Shown piece after piece: positions 58,330-64,000 of a stretch of DNA of 64,000 nt. The notes under the pieces were generated by a model that was given only the letters and a program-made list of their open reading frames with translations, was not told the DNA's origin and did no database searches. Each line of letters opens with the position of its first letter. The stretch's first letter is position 1. The stretch lies in contig CAYQEU010000001.1 in assembly GCA_964416765.1 (NCBI GenBank), positions 340,480-404,479 on the forward strand, written 5' to 3'. Source of the stretch: an uncultured Candidatus Saccharibacteria bacterium (GTDB lineage Bacteria > Patescibacteriota > Doudnabacteria > UBA920). The position numbers were made by a program, and so were the translations under genes.

Positions 58330-60216
58330 ATGCCAGAAAACCAAGACGAAATTAATTTTTTTGCCAAGACTAACTACCGGAATCGGGAAGTGCCTTTTGG
58401 CATAAAAGCCGACGACCGCCGCCGCCACATGTACATTATCGGAAAGACGGGTATGGGCAAAACGACCATGATGGAAAACATGGTTATTCAGGATATCCGG
58501 AATGGCCATGGCGTTTGTTTTATCGACCCGCACGGGGACTCCGTAGCCAAAATCCTAGATTATATCCCAAGCAGTCGTGTTAACGACGTCGTCTATTTCA
58601 ACCCGGCGGACATTGAACACCCTATCGCGTTTAATATTCTGGAAACCGTGGACAGTAAGTATAAACATTTGGTTGCTTCCGGTCTTATGGGCGTGTTCAC
58701 GAAAATCTGGGCTAACCTCTGGTCTGCCCGAATGGAATACATTTTGAACAACACCATCTTGGCGCTTCTGGACAGCCCGGGTAACACCATGATGGGCATC
58801 GCGCGCATGTATATCGACAAAAAGTACCGCAAGCGCATTGTCGATAATATCAAAGACCCTATGGTTAAAGCCTTTTGGGTTGATGAGTTCGCGCAGTACA
58901 GCGAAAAGTACCGTACCGAAGCTATTGCGCCGATTCAAAACAAAGTTGGGCAGTTCTTGTCTTCCGGAATTATCCGCAACATTGTAGGCCAGCCGCGCTC
59001 CACTATAGATTTGCGTTCCATTATGGACAACCAAAAAATTCTTTTGATGGACTTGTCCAAAGGCAAAGTGGGAGAAGATAATTCGGCTTTGCTGGGCGCT
59101 ATGGTTATTACCAAACTGCAACTGGCCGCTTTGTCACGCGTGGATATTCCGGAACATGACCGAAAAGACTTTTTCCTGTACGTGGATGAGTTCCAAAACT
59201 TTGTCACTGAAAGCTTCGCCACTATTTTGAGCGAGGCGCGCAAATACCGCTTAAATCTTACCATTGGCCACCAATATATAGGTCAGCTTGCTCCCGACCG
59301 CAACAACACTAAAGTGCGGGACGCAGTGTTCGGCAACGTCGGGACTATGGTTTGCTTTCGGGTCGGTGCGGCTGACGCGGAATTTTTGGAAACTGAATTT
59401 GACCCAACCTTCACTCCTAATGACATAGTAAACCTGCCCAAATACAATATTATTTTGCGGCTCATGATTAATGGCGTTGCTTCCGACCCGTTTTCCGCCG
59501 TTACCATGCCAGTTAGGGAAGATTGGGCTACGGGTAACGGTGAAAAAGTTATTAAAGTATCCCGGGAGCGATACGCCAACCCGGTTATTGAGGTTGAAGA
59601 AAAGATCATGCGCTGGATGGGAGCCGAAACCCACCAGGAAATCGGCTTAATAGTCGGACGTGATGAAGATGAAAATCCGGCGGAACAGATTGCGGAGGCT
59701 GTGCAGGAAAAGACAGCAGAAACAGTAAAGAAAGTCTTGGCGGAAGCAATGGGGGAACAATCACCCGTACCTGCAACGGAAGCTGTAAATACATCCACAG
59801 AGACTCCCCAAACCATACCAGAACCCCCGGCCGAAATCGAGCACGTCCCCGAACCTGACGTTGTAAAAGAGCCTGAGATAGTGGTTGAGGCTCCTAAACA
59901 CGAGATAAAGCCACAGACCCAGCAGCGCCACAGGCCGGAACTTCAAAATAGAAGCGGCAATCAAAGCAAGGGCCAAAAATTCTCTCAACAGCGAAAAAAG
60001 AACAAGCCCAACAAAAACAAGCAAAACGCCCGCGACGTTAACCCCATATGGAAAACCGTGGAATCTTTAAATGATGAGCGCGCGGCCGCTGACCTGCAAA
60101 AGGCCCAGCGAGTCCACGAACCCGCCGCCGTACCGGAAAGTTCCCACCCCGACAACAACAGCCAAAGCGACTCCGGCGCAAAGATAATCCGCCCCGGAAT
60201 AGTTCACAAATTCTAA
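58330..60216 (+). CDS. VirD4/TraD-like (HerA-FtsK superfamily) coupling ATPase
   Basis: RHMYIIGKTGMGKT, IDPHGD, YVDEFQNF, SEARKY, HQ, GNVGT; low-complexity tail. Confidence 0.88.
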   Translation: MPENQDEINFFAKTNYRNREVPFGIKADDRRRHMYIIGKTGMGKTTMMENMVIQDIRNGHGVCFIDPHGDSVAKILDYIPSSRVNDVVYFNPADIEHPIAFNILETVDSKYKHLVASGLMGVFTKIWANLWSARMEYILNNTILALLDSPGNTMMGIARMYIDKKYRKRIVDNIKDPMVKAFWVDEFAQYSEKYRTEAIAPIQNKVGQFLSSGIIRNIVGQPRSTIDLRSIMDNQKILLMDLSKGKVGEDNSALLGAMVITKLQLAALSRVDIPEHDRKDFFLYVDEFQNFVTESFATILSEARKYRLNLTIGHQYIGQLAPDRNNTKVRDAVFGNVGTMVCFRVGAADAEFLETEFDPTFTPNDIVNLPKYNIILRLMINGVASDPFSAVTMPVREDWATGNGEKVIKVSRERYANPVIEVEEKIMRWMGAETHQEIGLIVGRDEDENPAEQIAEAVQEKTAETVKKVLAEAMGEQSPVPATEAVNTSTETPQTIPEPPAEIEHVPEPDVVKEPEIVVEAPKHEIKPQTQQRHRPELQNRSGNQSKGQKFSQQRKKNKPNKNKQNARDVNPIWKTVESLNDERAAADLQKAQRVHEPAAVPESSHPDNNSQSDSGAKIIRPGIVHKF

Positions 60217-60217
60217 C

Positions 60218-60243
60218 AAAAACCCCCTCAGTTGAGGGGGTTT
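60218..60243. terminator. Bidirectional intrinsic terminator
   Basis: A-run/CCCCCTCA-GT-TGAGGGGG/T-run between convergent genes. Confidence 0.75.
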
Positions 60244-60255
60244 AATTTATTGAGC

Positions 60256-60576
60256 TTAGATGTGGCGCTTAATTTCCGCTTCGATTGTTGATTTAGGAGC
60301 GGCACCTACTAATTCTCCCACGATCTGGCCGTTTTTGAAGAATTTAAGGGTTGGGATGCTCATCACGCCATAATGAGTAGACAGGCTTCCTTGCTCATCG
60401 ACGTTAACCTTACCGACTTTGAGCTTACCTTCATACTCCTTGGCCAATTCATCAACAGTAGGGCTAAGTATTTTGCAGGGACCGCACCATTCTGCCCAAA
60501 AGTCTATTAAAACCGGCATATCTGACTTAAGTACTTCGTTTTCGAAATTTTGTTCTGTAATTTCTAATTCTGCCAT
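60256..60576 (-). CDS. trxA: Thioredoxin
   Basis: DFWAEWCGPCK, SIPT. Confidence 0.96.
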   Translation of the reverse strand: MAELEITEQNFENEVLKSDMPVLIDFWAEWCGPCKILSPTVDELAKEYEGKLKVGKVNVDEQGSLSTHYGVMSIPTLKFFKNGQIVGELVGAAPKSTIEAEIKRHI

Positions 60577-60664
60577 TTGTGTATTTAATTAGTTTGCTTA
60601 TGAATTCTATAGCCGGTGGCAGGCTTTGTCAATAAACCTAAAATTCCTTATAATTTCAAGAGTT

Positions 60665-61621
60665 ATGGGAAAGACCGAAATTAAATGGAAACCAATCACT
60701 GCCGGAGCAGGGCTGACCTTGCTTGTTTTTTTGTACCCGCTGTTAGCAGTTGCCCCGCTATCTCTACCTACGGGTGACCCCAGAGTGGAAGGAGCCGCCA
60801 CTATCAGCCCCTTGGGAATGCCAAATAATAAGGGTTCAGACAACATTGCAAAGCCCAAGCTCATAGGATCAATTGATTTAACAACCGTGCAGGCCAGAAG
60901 TTTTTTGGTGTTCGATTCAGGCACAGGGGAAACCTTAGCGGAAAAGAATCCCAAACAACCGGTGGCTATTGCCAGCCTTACTAAGTTGATGACCGGGCTT
61001 GTGGCCTACAACCATATCTCATCTTTCAGGCAAACCATTATGGTCCAATCCGCTGATCAGTTTAACGTTGATCCGGTACTGGGCCTGAAGACGGGAGATG
61101 AGGTTTCCGTAAGCGACTTATTTTATTCCATGCTAATCGGCTCAGCGAACGACGCGGCACTCACCCTAGCGAACCACACTGAGCAAACTACCGGCAAAAA
61201 TTTTGTCGATTTGATGAACGACCAGGCCAAAAGCTTAGGCATGGAGGATACTCATTTCAGTAACCCTTTAGGTTTCGACAGTGAAGCCAACTTTTCCACG
61301 GCTGCGGACTTAGCCCAATTGATAAATAAAGTTCGGGAGTACCAGGCCTTTAACTTATCCGGCAAAGAACAGTCATACGCGTTCACTTCCAGCTCGGGAT
61401 CCCGCTATGGCGTAAAAGCAACTAACAAGCTTACCGCCTCCTACCCCGATTTATTCGCTGTTAAGACCGGCTTTACCAACCAGGCTCAGGGAGCAATGGT
61501 GACGGAAGTTAAAGATAAGCAGGTTGCTTTCACCATAATAATATTGGATTCACCTAACCGGGAAAATGACACTCTTAACCTCCGCTCCCAAATCCTTAAA
61601 AATTACTCTTGGGGGCCATAA
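60665..61621 (+). CDS. D-alanyl-D-alanine carboxypeptidase (peptidase S11)
   Basis: SLTK, SAN and KTG motifs; N-terminal TM; promoter TTGTCA-17-TATAAT at 60626-60654 supports the ATG 60665 start. Confidence 0.88.
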   Translation: MGKTEIKWKPITAGAGLTLLVFLYPLLAVAPLSLPTGDPRVEGAATISPLGMPNNKGSDNIAKPKLIGSIDLTTVQARSFLVFDSGTGETLAEKNPKQPVAIASLTKLMTGLVAYNHISSFRQTIMVQSADQFNVDPVLGLKTGDEVSVSDLFYSMLIGSANDAALTLANHTEQTTGKNFVDLMNDQAKSLGMEDTHFSNPLGFDSEANFSTAADLAQLINKVREYQAFNLSGKEQSYAFTSSSGSRYGVKATNKLTASYPDLFAVKTGFTNQAQGAMVTEVKDKQVAFTIIILDSPNRENDTLNLRSQILKNYSWGP

Positions 61622-61641
61622 TATGGTATAATTAAGGCCAT

Positions 61642-62682
61642 ATGGACACCGACGCACTAACTAAAATATTCAGTCTGACCTCCGCTGCTTTTTTGGTTAC
61701 TGTCTTGGCCACACCGTTAGTCAGCAATTTTCTTTACCGGTTTCGGCTTACCAAAAACATCCGCAATGACGGCAGTACCCCAATATTTAGCGAGCTCCAT
61801 GCTGGCAAACAAGGGACACCGACCATGGGCGGTATTTTAATTTGGGGAACTGTTTTAGTCCTGGCTGGTATTTTCTGGTTCTTGGACAGGATCTTAGGCC
61901 AGCATTCTTTCCACATCTTAAATTTCTTGACCCGACGCGACACGCTATTGCCCCTGGGCGCCATGGTGGGCGCGGCATGCGTGGGAATGGCGGATGATTT
62001 CCTGGATATTCAGCAATCCGGACATAAAGGCCGGGGATTCCGTTTCCGTTTTAAAGTTATTATTTATGCTTTGGTTGCATTGATTGGCGCGTTTTGGTTC
62101 TACTCTAAGTTAGGTTTTGACAGCGTCAGTGTTCCTTTCTTTGGCATGTATCACCTCGGAGTCTGGTTCATCCCGTTTTTTGTTTTGATTGTGGTCGGAA
62201 CATCGTTTTCCGTTAACCAAACTGACGGTTTGGACGGTCTGGCCGGTGGAGTGCTTTCCATGTCCTTTCTTGCCTACGCAATAATTGCATTCATGCAGGG
62301 TAATACCAACCTGGCCGCATTGCTGGGGGTAGCTACCGGTTCTCTACTGGCTTTCTTATGGTTTAACGTTTACCCGGCTCGCTTTTTTATGGGAGATACT
62401 GGATCCATGGGATTAGGCATGCTTTTAGCTATAGTGGCATTCCTTACTGGAGAGGTGTTCTTATTGCCTATTATCGGAATAATTTTTGTATTAGAAGCAC
62501 TAAGCTTTTTTCTCCAAATGTTTTGGCGCGCCGCTTTCGGCAAAAAATTATTCCTGTCGTCGCCCTTACACCATCACTTTGAAGCCGCTGGCTGGCCTGA
62601 AACCAAAGTCACCATGCGTTTTTGGATCTTGGCGGCTATAAGCTCTATATTGGGCGTTATTATTTATTTGATCGCACACTAA
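61642..62682 (+). CDS. mraY: Phospho-N-acetylmuramoyl-pentapeptide transferase
   Basis: KQGTPTMGG, DD, NQTDGLDGL, FMGDTGS, PLHHHFE. Confidence 0.95.
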   Translation: MDTDALTKIFSLTSAAFLVTVLATPLVSNFLYRFRLTKNIRNDGSTPIFSELHAGKQGTPTMGGILIWGTVLVLAGIFWFLDRILGQHSFHILNFLTRRDTLLPLGAMVGAACVGMADDFLDIQQSGHKGRGFRFRFKVIIYALVALIGAFWFYSKLGFDSVSVPFFGMYHLGVWFIPFFVLIVVGTSFSVNQTDGLDGLAGGVLSMSFLAYAIIAFMQGNTNLAALLGVATGSLLAFLWFNVYPARFFMGDTGSMGLGMLLAIVAFLTGEVFLLPIIGIIFVLEALSFFLQMFWRAAFGKKLFLSSPLHHHFEAAGWPETKVTMRFWILAAISSILGVIIYLIAH

Positions 62683-64000
62683 TGTATTCAGTCTTAATAA
62701 AAAAAGCCCGCCTGATAGACGGCACCGGGGCTCCCGAAAAAATTTGCGACATCGCCATAGAGGGCGAAGAAATCGTCGCGGTTAACCCTGAAATCACCAC
62801 CGGCGCCACACAAACCATAAACGCGGAAGGGAAAATTGTCGCCCCGGGATTTGTTGATGCCCAAAACCATAGCGATAGCTATTGGCAGCTGTTTGATAAC
62901 CCGGAACTTGAGAGCATGGTGGCCCAGGGCTACACAACTATCTTGGTGGGAAATTGCGGAGGCAGTTTGGCACCCCTGCTTTCACCTCCTGCTTTATTGG
63001 CTTTACAGAAATGGCACACAACCGATGGCTGGAACGTGGACTGGCAAAGCTTTGGTGAATTCCGCAACACAATGACAGCGCGCCGATTCGGTTGCAACGT
63101 TGCCTCGCTGGTTGGTTACTCCACGCTTCGGCGGGGCATAGTGGGAGATTCGCCAAGACCACTGACCCCCGACGAATTAGAAATTATGAGGATTGCCCTC
63201 GAACAGGCCATTGAACAGGGCGGATTCGGCCTATCTATCGGCTTAGCTTACAGCCACGAAATGCAAACGTCGGAATTGGAGCTATACCAAATTGCACAGG
63301 TAGTAAAAAAATACGACGCTCTGCTTTCGGTTCACTTGAGGAATGAAAGCGATCGGGTGGTGGAAAGCGTGCGCGAAGTAGTAGACCTGGCCCGCATTTC
63401 CGGCCTCAATATGAAGATTTCGCACTTGAAAGTACGCAACCAGGCTAACTGGGATAAGGCGGCTGAAGTAATTGAACAACTGGAGCTTGCTTGGCATCAG
63501 GGAGTAAATATCCATTATGACGTTTATCCATACACCACCATTTGGCAAATGCTTTATAGCTATTTGCCGGGTTGGGCTATTCAGGGCGGCCGCACTCACT
63601 TGCTGCGTGAATTAAGCAATCCCGTCCAAAGAAACAAGATTCTTACCGAACTTAATAATAGCCAGGCAAAACTTCGAGACCTCATCGTCACTTCAACTTC
63701 GGGGCGGTTAAGTGTGATAGGAAAGACTATCGCCAGTATTGCCAAGGATATGGAAATTTCCAGCGAGGCCGCAGTCCTTAAGCTAATCGAAAACGGCGGT
63801 AGTGAAGTATTGGTGTTCGATGAAGCTCTCAGCCAGGAAAACGTTACGGAGTTTTTGCATCACCCGCTGGCCATGGTGGCTTCGGACGGTGGCGGCTTTG
63901 ATACTAAAACCAATACCCGACTGGTCCACCCCCGATGCTTTGGTACCGCGCCTCGTTTTCTGAACCAGGTCATAACAAGCAAGACCATGGAACTCCCGGA
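62682..64000 (+). CDS. N-acyl-D-amino-acid deacylase family amidohydrolase (partial, runs off the window)
   Basis: Manual translation: LIDGTG, APGFVDAQNHSD, GNCG, HLRNE, SHLK, ASDG, HPRCFGT. Confidence 0.85.
   Translation, partial: MYSVLIKKARLIDGTGAPEKICDIAIEGEEIVAVNPEITTGATQTINAEGKIVAPGFVDAQNHSDSYWQLFDNPELESMVAQGYTTILVGNCGGSLAPLLSPPALLALQKWHTTDGWNVDWQSFGEFRNTMTARRFGCNVASLVGYSTLRRGIVGDSPRPLTPDELEIMRIALEQAIEQGGFGLSIGLAYSHEMQTSELELYQIAQVVKKYDALLSVHLRNESDRVVESVREVVDLARISGLNMKISHLKVRNQANWDKAAEVIEQLELAWHQGVNIHYDVYPYTTIWQMLYSYLPGWAIQGGRTHLLRELSNPVQRNKILTELNNSQAKLRDLIVTSTSGRLSVIGKTIASIAKDMEISSEAAVLKLIENGGSEVLVFDEALSQENVTEFLHHPLAMVASDGGGFDTKTNTRLVHPRCFGTAPRFLNQVITSKTMELP

Noticed and set aside
1-64000. 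Alternative genetic code (TGA recoding)
   Set aside because: Conserved genes are intact under code 11 and several end at TGA at the expected position

Overview
A 64-kb piece of a compact bacterial chromosome using the standard genetic code (TGA acts as a stop in dnaE and map). Gene content points to a Patescibacteria/CPR-type genome; this is an inference from the TGS-less ThrRS, short EF-Ts, orphan VirD4-like ATPase, sigma4-HTH fusion and scarce SD sequences. Most of the window is housekeeping: dnaB 5' end, cysS, two adk-like genes, map, rarA, thrS, dnaE, rodA, rplY, prmC-prfA, rpmE, rpsB-tsf, four tRNAs, rpmG, RNase P RNA, a glycosyltransferase-mur operon, secA, secDF, trxA and mraY. An accessory stretch of small genes runs from about 21.5 to 34.8 kb. 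I saw no CRISPR array, transposase, integrase or prophage. The strongest finding is a minimal T-box riboswitch upstream of thrS. It has an ultrashort K-turn Stem I with an apical ACC (Thr) specifier, no Stem II, a non-canonical antiterminator bulge and a terminator, and it matches the tRNA-Thr(GGU) with U73 encoded in the same window. Also notable are leaderless-type promoter spacing before at least eight genes, a JAB-like gene inside the tRNA cluster, and a Dsb/ferric-reductase/His-brace (copper-type) gene cluster.
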